From contig JAQGDQ010000037.1 in the NCBI GenBank assembly GCA_030141605.1, forward strand, positions 930,001-994,000: a DNA stretch of 64,000 bases, in the 5' to 3' direction. Within the stretch, counting starts at the first letter, position 1; each line of letters starts with the position of its first letter. This DNA is from Tubiluchus corallicola (Eukaryota; Animalia; Priapulida). Shown one piece after another: positions 1 through 12,715 of the stretch. A program made the position numbers and the translations under genes. The notes beneath the pieces are model-generated. The model was not told where the DNA came from, did no database searches, and saw only the letters and a program-made list of their open reading frames with translations.

Positions 1-331
1 GATTATTACAGTAATGATGTACTAATAATTGTAAGTATAATGAGAATAAATGCATTATATAGAGACGTTCCTTTTTATGTATGCTTATTATTTACAATAT
101 CTTCGTTATACGAGTAATGAGGTGCAGATACATAATATATAAATAAATAACAGATTTCCAGGCAAAGCCATCCAGTCTTTTGATAACTAAAAGCAAAACG
201 AAACGAAGACAAATTGAATAAAAAGAAATCAAAAGAAACACAGAAAAACAAAATTCATGCAATCAATTTTCAATGTTATTAAGTCAGTGTTTATGTGCGG
301 AAATCTACGCGCAAATATAAGTTATATTTGA

Positions 332-500
332 TATGAAGCCCCTAAGGGGCACGTAGAGAAAATTACTAATTCGTGGCCACGAGTTAATTTATCGTTGCCA
401 CGAATTATTAATCCCCGTGCAGGATATACTAATTCGTGCAAACGCTATATTACAGCGTACGCAGGAATATACCTGCTGAAACATTAATACTCGCTCAGTA
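332..500 (+). repeat. Non-autonomous DNA element with internal short repeats
   Basis: Near-palindrome gcccctaaggggc followed by repeated taattcgtggccacga-like units. Confidence 0.4.
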
Positions 501-1263
501 AGGCGTGTTTGCATTCGCTGTTTGCTTTCTAACAGGGCTGAGCATTCTCTATCACAAAGTAAGTTCAAATCGAATCGAATTTGTGACCCTCGAACTCGAA
601 TCAAACCAAATTTCAGCACGTTTGAATCCCACATTCATCAACACTAATAAATTAATTGGCGTTTCACATTCAATTCAATCTCCACAATAGTTTTCTCAGT
701 TTGTCCAACATCTCAAAACAGACTTTGACAGTAAATTACACATGTCAGAACTTCTCATTAAATAAACAAAGTTATCCAGTTATTAAAGTTCCAGTTATTA
801 CAGTTGGCTTCGCATTGAACTATAGAGCGGGTCAAATTAGTACGTTTATTGTGAAAAAACATTACAATGTAACAAGCAGTGCGTTTCACCTTCGATAATA
901 CCACAATTGTATGACTGACATAATCATTCATTAACCGGGATACTTTCATAAGGCCCTGTTTCAATTCTGAGGTGGGGCAGTGCCACATTTAAGTGACGCA
1001 AGTGATCTACGAAATTTTAAAGGCATAGGTTTCTGAAGGTAAGTAACGAAGTTAGTCTTGAATAGCTTGTAAATGCTATGATGAACCTGATGCGATGTGA
1101 CAACAAAATCAAGCCACGAGCAACTGTCATGCGCAGAACTAAAAGAATCGTTTACTAAAAGACAATTATCTGACATTACATAACCGCTCCTTTAGCTTGT
1201 AGCTTCGTTAGTTGTACAATTCAGTTAATTACAATTTCTCTTATACTACATTCTTCTTATAAT

Positions 1264-1383
1264 TGCGCGTGCAGAAGTACAGACTTCTCTCGCAACTTGT
1301 TGCAACGTGCGAACGGCTTGGCAACTTCTCAGAAAGAAGTTGTGCAACAAGTTGCGAGAGAAGTCTCTACGTCTGAACGTGCC
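1264..1383. mobile_element. Small MITE-like hairpin element (Harbinger-like end)
   Basis: Perfect 24-bp inverted repeat (1281-1304 / 1343-1366) with imperfect outer arms ending ...cgtctgaacgtgcc and an inner 8-bp hairpin. Confidence 0.6.
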
Positions 1384-2904
1384 ATTACACATTTCAGTAA
1401 GACACGAGCAAATTCGCGAGTGGGATCAGCATTGAAATCTCCTACGAAATATACTGAATTAGTCGGTAGAAGTAGTGTCGGTAGTGCGGATAAATGTATT
1501 CTAAATTATCTAAACAATCTAACTGAACGTCATAATTATCTGGTATTTCATAAAGCATGTAGACTTGTAGACACTGACAATTATAAATTTTATGGAAAAA
1601 CGCTGGCCTGTAATCGGTAAACGTAAAAAGAATCATTCATTTCAAAAGTATCGACGGAAAGATTTTAAAAGATCTTTCTGCCAAAGAAAAGCTAAGCTCC
1701 CATAGTTGACACCCAACTAAAAATCCCTCGACTAAATCAATAGGTGAAGAGCCTTTGCCAAAAAAATTATGCTATATAAGTTTAGCTAAATCATCTCCTG
1801 ATTATTGTATCATTAAGCTCGCAAGGAGGTCTTTTACAATGATTTTACGAAGATTTTCGAAGATTTTGAGCATTTCTAACTGAGTAGTAATTAAACGCGA
1901 CAATCTTATAATTATTGCTATTGTTTATTTTATTTCAGACATTTAAAGTCCATAAAACAAGACTAAAAATAAGAATAGGAATAAGAATAGAATAGGGACA
2001 GAATAAGAATATGACTAAGAATAAAAATAAGAATTTCAGGTTTTTCAAAGTGTTTGTGCGATTGTCTGTGCACTATTACAATTCAATCCAATTCAATTCA
2101 TACTTTTATTTCAGACTTAAAATCCACATAAAACGCATATGCAAGCCAAAGAAAAAATATATATCAGACATTAAGGCTGCACATTAAAACATAAGACTAA
2201 AATTACTGAAATTACAATAAAACAGATCATACAACTACAAAGATGCACATACAAAGAGGACACGCTATTTAAATATTCACGTACAAAACACAATGCACAC
2301 GAAATTAATCAAGTTATTCTCGAACTAACACACTCTGAGACCAGGCTTCAGCACAAAGTATGTTCTGATAACAAATGAGTTGTAAGTATCATAGCGAGTA
2401 GGTAATTATGTTGTTTTTGCTTGTATGACTCGACTTGTTCATGGCCTAGCATTCGATCCCATTCTGCTAATGAAAATTCAACATTCTGGACGAACAACAA
2501 CACTGGAACCTGCTATGGATTCTCTTTATCCAAGAATCGGTTTTCCACCTTTTCTAGGTTTCCATTTTTGGCGCGAAGCTGTAATAAACTCAATACTAGG
2601 AAGTCCGACGGAGTTTTCACCCGTCGTTGACTTTTCATTGAAGACATGCATTATCGCTTTATTGCAGGATTCTTAGTATAGTAATAACCGTATAGTACCA
2701 TTGTTCGACGTTGATTTGCTAGCCTTGATGTCACCCATAGAACTTGTTCTAGCAACAGAACCATAATCAGGTGAAGCAGACGCTGCAACTTGCTACGAAG
2801 AATTGTTGAAGCACCAGTATTAGGCCCATTGTCACCAGTTTTCGACTCCGCAGATGATTTTAAGCTTGCAATTTCCGTCAGTTGTTGTCCAATTTCCGTC
2901 AAAA

Positions 2905-3165
2905 CCGTGTTGTTCAAGTATAAAACTCCTTACCCAGTTCAGTAAATGATGCACCTTTGGTCACTGCAGGCAATTCTAAACTTTTCAATAATAGATTGAA
3001 GTTTATAAATTATGATAATAGCCTTGTGTACGATAGGCGTATGTAAGCAGCTTGTCTCTTTACTTCTCTTCTTACATTCATGTTTTTATTGTTTCATAGT
3101 TTATTTTTTAATGTACGTTTTAAATGAAAGTGAAATAACATAAAAACAAACAAAATAAAATAAAT
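2905..3165 (+). mobile_element. 5'-truncated CR1-group LINE 3' end
   Basis: Diverged copy of 4160-4411 (cgtgttgttcaagtat...ttacccagtt...gcaattctaaacttttca), ending in an A-rich aaataaaataaat tail. Confidence 0.7.
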
Positions 3166-3569
3166 TATTGAGCTTATGAATATGCACTGTACTGACGAAA
3201 TATGCTGGTGCACTCGGCGGTAAATTTGACAAGTCCGTTTCAATAAATTTGTGATCTTTGACAACGTTCATATACGGCCTTACTATGTGCCATATTAATA
3301 ATGGCACTAATACTTGATTGCTTGTGATTTTCGCCAATCCTTTTAGAATAGCGAGGATTTGGCACATTACCTAAGGCTCAGCACATTTTAGATTTAAGTT
3401 TGTAAATTTGCTCCTTAACAGATTCAATCCGAGCAAGGTCGTAAAAATAAGATGCAAATTTAGTCTGTGTGTTGAATGTAGTTACTGAGTCAATCTGATT
3501 AGTTACGAGGCACAGTAACTCATTACGGACATGAATACAACTGTATGCTTGACCATATGAGTCCGAGAA

Positions 3570-4604
3570 AAAAGATTCATTGCTTGCAGATACTGTCTCC
3601 TGGCTACCAATCGCGCCGTTAGAGTTTCGCTGTCAGATGCATTTCGCCATTCGCTAGTTTGATGGACACAGCGTCTACATATTAGAAACGCGTTGCACAA
3701 AAAACAGGCGCTGTACCTGTTAGTTCAGTTCTGACGTATTACACATTTGTGACGAAATCGCGTGTTGGACAGCGGTAAGCTTAGTAATTAAATTTAAATT
3801 TTAAATTTGTCGAGTTGGTGTAAATCAGATCGGGCGTGCATCATCGGATGGGGATGTAGGAATTGTTGAAAATGTGCAAAGATAGTTTTTTTACAATTCG
3901 ATTATACTATAGATGCAACTCAGAACTTTACATTATGAAACCTATCCAGAAGGACATAAACCCTTCTTTTAAGGTCGTTGGTAGACACGATTACTAAACG
4001 ATTTCGTCATGTGTCACAAAGTAATTATCCATGGGATGTTGCTTTAGATCCCGGAATTTTGTTTACGAAAGCACTCACTGATTGTACAAAAAGTAACCAT
4101 AATCTCAAGCTGTGTGTTCCCAGAACGAACAAAAAAGGTTTTGGGTTTTTCTTCTCTACCCGTGTTGTTCAAGTATGGAATTCCTTACCCAGTTCTGTAA
4201 ATGAAGCACCTTTGGTCATTGCAAGCAATTCTAAACTTTTCAAAAATAGATTAAAGTTTCTGAATTTTGATAAATGGCTCGTGTATGATAGGCATGTGTA
4301 AGCAGCTCGTCTCTTTACGTCTCTTCCCAGTGCCCACGTTCAGTTGGTTTTATAAATTATTTTTTAACGTACATTTTTAATGTTTGTGAAATTAAATAAA
4401 AACTAAATAAATCGTGCAAAATGTTCGAATAATATTTTTTGCCGTTTGAAAATCGTGTTCAGTTGTGACGTCATCGCTAACTGTGCTCATAGGTGGTTAA
4501 TTAATTTTCTAAGAAACTTGATTAATTATCAGAAACTTTTTGGCATTATTATAGATGATAATATGTATTCTTTCTTGATTTCCATAATTCTTATTTTCCT
4601 TTAA
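3570..4604 (+). mobile_element. Kolobok-like non-autonomous element, copy A (interrupted by the LINE at 3810-4411)
   Basis: Shares atgcatttcgccattcgctag..gatggacac..gctgtacct with 31185-31390(-) and 63645-63850(+). Homology resumes after the LINE and ends in cctttaa. Confidence 0.55.
3810..4411 (+). mobile_element. 5'-truncated CR1-group LINE 3' end, nested in a DNA element
   Basis: DVGIVENVQR and HNLKL..FFSTRVVQVWNSLPSSV are typical LINE ORF2 C-terminal motifs; followed by a 3' UTR and A-rich tail. Confidence 0.8.
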
Positions 4605-5814
4605 CTAAAACAGTGGGTCTGTAAATGAAACCCATCCAAAAAGATATGGCATGAGTTAGCACCAGAGTATGAAAGAGATTAGCTCTGCGTACGAAAGAGA
4701 TCAGTGCAGTCACGCTCATTTGAAACCACGTCATGTACGTTTAGATCCAAGTATACAACTAGCACTTTTAGAGGAAGAAGAAATGATTAAATGTCGTGCT
4801 GCTACGAAGTCTTCATATTTGCTTGTAATCTTGTGGTTTATGTAGAACCTCAGCATAGACATCGAACCTCAAATGTTTTCAACTAAACCCGGAATAGTAG
4901 TAGTTTCAGTAAGTTAACAGTTGTCCAATTGATAATATAATGCAAAGAAAAGTTCAGAAGTCCTTTTTTGGCAACAATAACATGGAATGGTTGAAAGACT
5001 AATTAGAGAACTCGGAGTTTGGCAAATGACATGTCTTATGCCACTTATAATTTAACATGGTATGTCATAGAGTTGCCATTTGTTGTGGTATTGTGTGTTG
5101 CAGCGTTGGACACGCCACTGGTTTTTTTATACAATGGCATGTATTGAATGTAACAACAGACTATTTAAGATCCGCGCACTCAAGCATAGTATTGTGCTAT
5201 TCCATATCGTACATAGTATCGTACAAATATGTAATTATTAGCTAAGTGTAATTACAGCTTTGTGTCATTTCATACCACTCCTAGTATTGTACAAATATAT
5301 AAATAATAAATGTGTACTTATGGCTGCAGTAAATTTTTTGTTTAAAATGTAATTTTTGGTTTATTAAAGCTTGATAAATTATCCAAAATTGTTATTATAA
5401 TATCTCAATGATTAATTTACTTGTTTAATTACCGTTAGCCAAACCCTGTAAATAGAGGATAACTGCATTTAATGAGTTTATTTTTTATTTAACTCACTGT
5501 TTGTATTGTATGCTAATGTAATTTGTTTATTATCTGAATAAAAGACTTATAATATTAATAGTTTCTGGCATAATTACCAGAAGTTGATAAAGTATAGGGA
5601 CGCAGTTAAATACGCTATCCCATGAACAATATATTAAAGCTAACATTAGACAGTTTACAAAGAATCATGTAGCTTACAGTCTGTAAGACAAGTCCAATCT
5701 AAGACAAGTTATATAAAAACTTTAGAAAATATATTGGTTTAATCTTCAATAAATCTGAGAACGTGCAAATTAGATAAATATGCACACAATTTACATACTA
5801 CATTTGAATAAAAT

Positions 5815-6035
5815 TCACAGTATGTAAGGTACGCTGATAATAATTTCAGTAAAGAGTAACATTGTTGGAGAAAGAGTTACAATTTGAGCATCGGCACCGA
5901 TTTGGCAATTAAGTTCCTCTAGTGTAATTTCATTTACTCCATTTTTTCTTGGTGGTACACTGCAGTCAATGACACTCGATGACCATGATTCCCTCTTTAT
6001 CCACACGATGGAACAATCACAGACAAGAGGGTTTT
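5815..6035 (-). CDS. LRR protein, coding exon 2 (LRRCT cap and hydrophobic, GPI-signal-like tail)
   Basis: Acceptor tttag at 6036-6040 is phase-compatible with exon 1. The join reads LELTENPLVCDCSIVWIK...C...LNC, a canonical LRRCT motif, and ends TMLLFTEIIISVPYIL-stop. Spliced CDS is 622+221=843 nt, 280 aa. Confidence 0.85.
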
Positions 6036-6634
6036 CTAAAATGATATTCAAAAGGTAAAGAACAAAGTGCCAGTAAGTCTCAAAAAAGAATTTATTCGAA
6101 GAAGTGCACCTTTTGCGAAAAGAAGCGTCCAAAACCAGAATGGCTAAGGAAACCTTCTAAAACGGGTATTCGATCTGGCGATCACCCAGCCATTTACTGA
6201 TGAGATTCAGTGTGACTTAATTTTTGTTGTTAAGCACGCTCGATTATCGTTGAGAAGTTAGTCCGAGTGTTGCTAATACATTTGCGCTCTTAGTGGAAAA
6301 AAAGCTGTTTAGTGAAAACAAATTACATCACTTCAGTGCACGAATCACTTTAAAAGTTGAGCATTATTAATATGATTTATAATTATTTTTTCTGACGTCC
6401 GGACTACGGAGTCACGTCACAGCTCTCCTCTTTTCCTTTTCCTTAAAAGCCTATATAACTCTGGGAGGGAAACCGCCCACCAATCCCCCAGACCCTCTGC
6501 CTCGAACGTCTATGACAACCAGGACCTACTTAAGAAAAGACAATTTATTAACGGGCTATAAATCCGCGAGATTCAGCTAATTAACTTCTTAAACAGACAC
6601 CCAAAAGTTTGTGGATTTAGCCTAAATAATTTAC

Positions 6635-7256
6635 CTGTGAGTTCTAATTTTACGGATCCAGGAGACACCATCTCGTGGAACGTTGGCATTTCCATGTTTT
6701 GTAAACTAGTTTTCCGTATTATTATTTCCTGTATCAAAGGATTAGCTTTCAAATTCAATTTTAAGTTTGTCAAAGAAAGCGAATTTTCGATATGGATTTT
6801 GAACAGTTCCGCAGCATATTCAAACACGCCCGATTCGATGAGCTCTAATTTTGTATTTCCAGTTAAATAAAATGCACCAAAATGGCCACGTATCGAGCGC
6901 TCGCCAATACTTTTTAGTTCGGAATCTATTATATGGAATGACACAACCGCTTTGCGATCCAAAAACTCGTCTGGTAATGTCGCTCCTTTGTACCTAAAGA
7001 TTTTAAGAGTATCAGCAGCTGTGGGGAGACGACGAGAAATGTCCCGTAACATGCGAAGATCTAGAGTTTTGGGAGGTGTACTTTCGGGTGGACATTCAAT
7101 TTTGCAAACTTTTTGGTCAGCCATTTCGCAATATTCTAAAATAGAACGATCAAAGTTTTGGCAAGCAGTCGTAGTCTCATTTCCGGCGGAGGAGGATAGG
7201 TCACTTTGCCATACCACTCCAACAACAGATGCAAGCACGGACATGAAAAATCTCAT
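6635..7256 (-). CDS. LRR protein, coding exon 1 (signal peptide, Cys-rich cap, leucine-rich repeats)
   Basis: ORF MRFFMSVLASVVGVVW... has a hydrophobic N-terminus, a Cys cluster (CQNF..YCEM..VCKIECP) and LRR-like units (FHIIDSELKSIGERSI, FYLTGNTKLELIESGVF, IHIENSLSLTNL, IIIRKTSLQNM). It ends at donor ACAG|gtaaat (phase 1). Confidence 0.85.
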
Positions 7257-8056
7257 TTTGTGCTCTGATGGATATTGAGTTGGAGCCGCTGTTGGCTGCT
7301 GCTAAAGCGGACACGGTTTTCTGAAGATAGCGTATCTGTAGATAAGTAGTCTCTTCTACTGACGTCATGAATTCTTCTCATAATGCATGACGTTTGAACG
7401 TTCTTTTGGCTGGCACAGAAAGAAACTGGGTTTATAATTTGGTCAACCGGTAAATGCTGCATGACGGAATTTGAATCGGAAAAGGTGCTGACAAGCCACT
7501 AGTACAGCAGTGTCTTGTTATTAGCTGGATGCTGTGTTTACCTATCTTGAGTGAAAATTTCTTTTATTTTAAAATTTCTGCCTGTCAGACATCTACAACA
7601 GACGTAATGGGCACGTGATGATGATGTTGATGATGATACATGACGAAAACAGTATTGAGAAGTTTTAAGAGTTCAACGAACAAACAAGTTTTAGGGGATT
7701 GTCCAACTTGTCCTAAAACGGCGGATAGCAGAACAGAACACTAAAAAGAAAAGCCAGCACTGAGTTTCAGTTCTCTGTCAGTTCTTGACAGATGGTGAGA
7801 CACAGGGTAAGTGGTACAACAGTAGCAGTAGATACTAAACAGAATATTGTAGTTTTGTGGAACTGCAGCACTGGCTTGCGTCCGTGTAGTTTGCTTTGAA
7901 CAATATAAAAGGACCTTTCCATATTACATAAACAAAGTACACGGTTAAAGTGTTATCTACTTATTGTAATTGTTATTGTATTATTGTAATAATAATAAAA
8001 GCTTTATTTAAAGTAGATAATGTACACTTTAACCGTGTACTTTGTTATTAATTATC

Positions 8057-8080
8057 ATAATAACAACAACAACAACAACA

Positions 8081-8111
<31 letters not shown>

Positions 8112-8150
8112 TGATGATGATGATAATAATAATAATAATAATAATAACAA

Positions 8151-8189
<39 letters not shown>

Positions 8190-8210
8190 GTATTATTATT
8201 ATTATAATTA
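8057..8210. repeat. Compound trinucleotide microsatellite (AAC/GAC/GAT/AAT)
   Basis: Directly visible. Confidence 0.95.
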
Positions 8211-8628
8211 TATAGTGACATAACAACGCAGTATGATTATGTGGATGGTTATGTTAAAATTTTGTTGAATTTTTCAAATAAAGAAGATTATGTGCTTGCA
8301 ACAGAACCACCCTTTAGCAGTTACAAGAGATATATGAGGGAGGGAGTTTTAGTTTATCGCTTTGACAAAAGTAGTCTTTAAGTAGAAGGCTACGAAGTAC
8401 ACCATGGTGCATTTAATGTATAAAATTTCAACTTTATGTAATATTGAAAATATACAAGGCCAGGTCTACCCTAATGTAAACGATTGGTCAAGACAGGAAG
8501 CTCAGTTCATTGTCAAGGCTAAACTGGCCATTTTTCCGAGGCGAGAGGTAAAACCAGAAGTGTCTTAGAACTTTGGCAAATGTGGATGTCTCAATGAGAG
8601 AATAACTAGCACAGGAAAGCGAGGCAAG

Positions 8629-9050
8629 TAGGGCCGGATTAAAGGTGTGCAGGTGCCCTAAGCACATCCAGCACTGATGCTCCGGCCGTCTCATTTGCCC
8701 CATAACACCGCGTAAGGATTTTGCGGTTCAAAGCATACGCATTCTGTGATACAAATTATGCGACATTATATGTAAAACAAACTCCATTGCTTTGTAAGCT
8801 TATAGGATTTATGCCACTTAAAGTCTTTACTTCGAATGAAATTTTAATTTACAAATCAGGTGCAAAAGGCCAACAGCGAAAAATTTATATTTCTTCTGTA
8901 CTGCAGCCCTCTACCTCGCATTTTGAACAGTGTATGACTTTCACGATCTTTTTTACATACTTTATTAAAATTTTATCTATTTTCAATTTATATTTTGCCA
9001 GCTTGGTGCCCTAAGCACTAGCATATCTGTTTATGCGCTAGTCCGCCCTA
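8629..9050. mobile_element. hAT-like MITE
   Basis: Termini tagggccggatta ... tagtccgcccta, and the subterminal direct repeat ggtgccctaagcac occurs twice. No clear TSD. Confidence 0.55.
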
Positions 9051-9994
9051 GACACAGATGAAATCGCCCAGAAGTTCCCACCAGACTCAGTGTTTATTTA
9101 TTTATTTATTTTATTTTATTCACACCCAATAGTAAAATACAGCCTACAGTAAAAACAATATAGATAAAACACGTTGGCAAAAACATACAAATAAAATATT
9201 TACAAAAGTATTTAACTGCTTACATGTGTCTATTGTGTACAAGGAATTTATGCAAGTTAACTTTATTAAAGCGGCTCAATATTGCAGCTACTCAGTTTTT
9301 TCCAAAACTGTAATCATATGCTGCAGTTATTAGATAAGTAATCCATAACAAATTACGCATTTCGGTAGTAGAGTTCTCAACAAGTGTTATGTGAATTTAC
9401 ATTTTAACAAATAACAAATAGTAACATATAGATGTTGAATTACACTAACCATACTTCATGATTCCAAAAGAATCTCGAAGGCTTTTTAACTTAATTTTTT
9501 TACAGTCTGGCACTTGCGCAGCTGCGTGATTTAGAGTTGTGGTTGTGCCCGGAGAGATCACAATGAGTCACAAACATTATTTTATGCATCAGTACAGCCT
9601 AAAAAACACGTTTGCACCTACGAGTATATACATTTAAACAATTTAAGAACATGCATGCAAAAGCACACCAACTACATGCACGCCAGATACTTTATTCGTG
9701 CAGCGTGTAATTAAATTACACTCCTTTACTATATTAAATTTTAGTCGGGTATTCTTTAGTTTCATAAAAGGCTACAAAACAAATTCATACCTAAGTTAAT
9801 TATCATCGCAGGTAACCCATCAATTTGGCGGAAATGTCTTTGCTAACTCGAAGAAAGTCACAGAGAAGAACACAGCGTGAAAAGGATGACAGTATTTCAG
9901 CACATAGATGTACGCGCAATGCGGGGATGAAGCCAGTACCGCTAATATTGAGGTGAGCGCACCTCGATTTTACTGCAATTCAGAACAGGCTGCG

Positions 9995-10008
9995 GTTGCT
10001 ATGGCAAC
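9995..10008. promoter_or_regulatory. RFX X-box-like palindrome GTTGCTATGGCAAC
   Basis: One mismatch to the perfect palindromic RFX consensus GTTGCCATGGCAAC; the palindrome extends one base on each side. Confidence 0.45.
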
Positions 10009-12049
10009 CAGTACTGCGGTCTTCAATTACAAGTTAATAGCCGCAAGAGTAGTTAATTCACAGAATAAAATGCTGCATGTTTTATGGTTATCATATGCGC
10101 GGCGTAAGCCGTACACCTTTTATATATTAACGGTATATTCCTGTCCAAGTAAAGCTGTTATTTAAGGTACATCGATGCCCACCACTTCCTATTGCTTAGC
10201 TGTTGAAAGTTTACTTGTGCTAGATTTAGACAAGGTATAAGCAAGCTACGGCATCACGTTCCGATTTCAGAAGTCACTTTTTAGAATGGTAATACTTTTA
10301 CTTGGCACAGTTTGGGTCTTGTTGGACCTTGACACTTAAGATCTTGTTACTAAATTTGAGTAAAATAGGTAATAATAGGTTGTAATTCTACATTGGGCAT
10401 TTTATAATTTAGTACATTAATTTAAATGCATTTTATGCTACTAGACAGGAAATTTGCTTCATTAATAACCTTCATTTTAGCACTCACTTTAATATTCCTT
10501 ATTTAACATTACTGTAAATAATGTTATACACACCATTATAAATGATAATTATAGAATATTGTAGAATGTCTATGTATGTGTAAAATTGTATAATGTTTGT
10601 AGAGAAATTTTTGCCTGCAAAAAGAGGCTAATAAAGACTTATCATCATCATTGGCACAGCTTCAACAATGAATTTTAATATACTAATAAGTGAAAATATT
10701 AGTCATTTGCAACATACTGCTTTTTACTTTTTGGCAATTTTACTGTGGCACATTATTTTAGGTAAGCCTATTCACTTACTGAAGTAAAATTATCATGTTT
10801 TTTTGTTATAAACGCACTACAGCTGCTTTCAGCCTGCAGACTATTCGCTTGAAGCAAGATGTTTTTTTAATTAGAAACGTACTGCAGCTGAATTTTTAAA
10901 TTCATATTCTAATCAAGCAAGCTTCTCCTAGCTCTCTACATTTTCACTCATTTACTAATTTTTGCTTAAACACTTACGAACATGGGAACCTCTTATACAA
11001 GCGCATTTTTTACACGTAAACGAACTGTATTTCATAAACATTTATTTTGACGTAAGCCTAACCGAATCTTAAAAATTAGGCTAAATGTAAGTGACGTCTA
11101 CATATGACATATAAGGTGTTATGACCTGCCTGCAGATTCTGATTTATGCGCCAGGTTGGCTTCTCACCTGAATTCTGTAACTTGATTTTGACCTAGGTAG
11201 TTAATTGGTTGTTATAGAGGTGGAAGTAATGTCGGATGCTTAGGCTGACAGCTCTGATGTTTTGTTTTGTTATTCTTTGTACACTAACAATAAAAAAGAG
11301 GATTAATGTCGTAAATGCTTCTCCGTTTGTACAACGTGATTTTATACCAACTCCAACTCATAACAAAGGCCAATATGAAAGATGTTGAAATGAAAGATTT
11401 CTATGAAAGATATTACACATGAAAGCCAGGCTTAATATTTCTTCAAGCTACATTTCCTGATAAAAACATATTAAATTGGAATGTTTTTTAGAAAAAATAT
11501 TTCTCCTGAAATAGAATACTACAAGAGCCAGGTGTTTGCAAACTTTCTTTATGATCAACTTTCTTAACCTCTTTTGCAAATAAGATTATTAATTTTCATG
11601 AGATATACGTATAATAGTTTTTATTTTAACTACTAATTATTCTTAGTGCCTTATGCTTGCTTTAAATAATATTGAAAAATATAACAGCTACTATATATCG
11701 CCAAAGACAGATGTAGGCAGTCTTTGCTTAATGTACTAATATTTAGCTTATAACAAAAGTTACAAAACTATGTTATAATTAGCATTTTGATATAATTACC
11801 TGGCTGTATCCTCGGGAAATTTAAAAAGATATTTTTATTTGTGTTTTTGCAACTCACTGCTGAGCAAGTTATGAACGCCTGCCGACTGGCCTGGCTTTGG
11901 TGGTCTCATCAACACCGGTACGTGAACAGTTTGCACTTGTAGCGTACCTGACAACAACAGTCCGTACTGCTGTGCCGCTAGGGCGATACTAACTGGGCGA
12001 ACTGCTGCGCAGTAGGATTTCTCTACTTTCTGTCGTCCACATTCTTTAA

Positions 12050-12715
12050 TACAAGTGCAAACTATGTATGGGAACTGCTATTTAAGTACAACAGAAACTG
12101 CTGACTGGATCTTGCGCGCACTATAACACGACTGTAACCTAGTCAATTAATACAGTAACTGCTAATCTAGCTTTTGCACTTAAGCTTAGTCAGTTATTAT
12201 GAAACCTACTAATTTAGCAGTACCACAGTCAATGATTTAGGAAAATACTAAGTTGGATTTGTGCATGCTTTAGTATTAGCATGGCATCTTCAATTATTCT
12301 AGAAAGTTACTAGCCTGGGTCTTGTATGTACTTTAGTACATTTCTCGCTTAGTCAATTATTATACAAAATGCTATTGTACGCACTTTAACAGGCCTGCAA
12401 CTGCAGCATAGTCAACCATCATAAAAATTGCACTAATCTGAATCCTGCACGTACTTTACTACAAAGTAGCATAATCAGGTATTACAGAAAATATTAATCT
12501 GTTTCTCGCAAGTAGTTTAGTACAACTACAGCAGCGTCACTTACAAAAATTACTAATCATGATCTCACTACGCCCTTTAGGACAACTGTAGCATAGTCAA
12601 CTATTGTATACTAATCTGAATCGTGTACATACGTTTGGTTAACTGCAGCGTACATAGTCAGCTATTGTATAGGCCTACTAATCTGAATATTGTACGTATT
12701 TCCGTACAACTGTAT
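12050..12715 (+). repeat. Highly diverged ~60-bp tandem repeat (about 10-11 units)
   Basis: Recurrent motifs tttagtacaactgtagcatagtcaa / tactaatctgaatc at roughly 55-65 bp spacing. Confidence 0.7.

Noticed and set aside
6637-7278. Plus-strand ORFs of 77 and 108 aa
   Set aside because: Antisense shadows of the LRR coding exon.
12050-12715. CRISPR-like array
   Set aside because: Units are diverged along their whole length, with no identical repeats or unique spacers, no cas genes, and a eukaryotic context.
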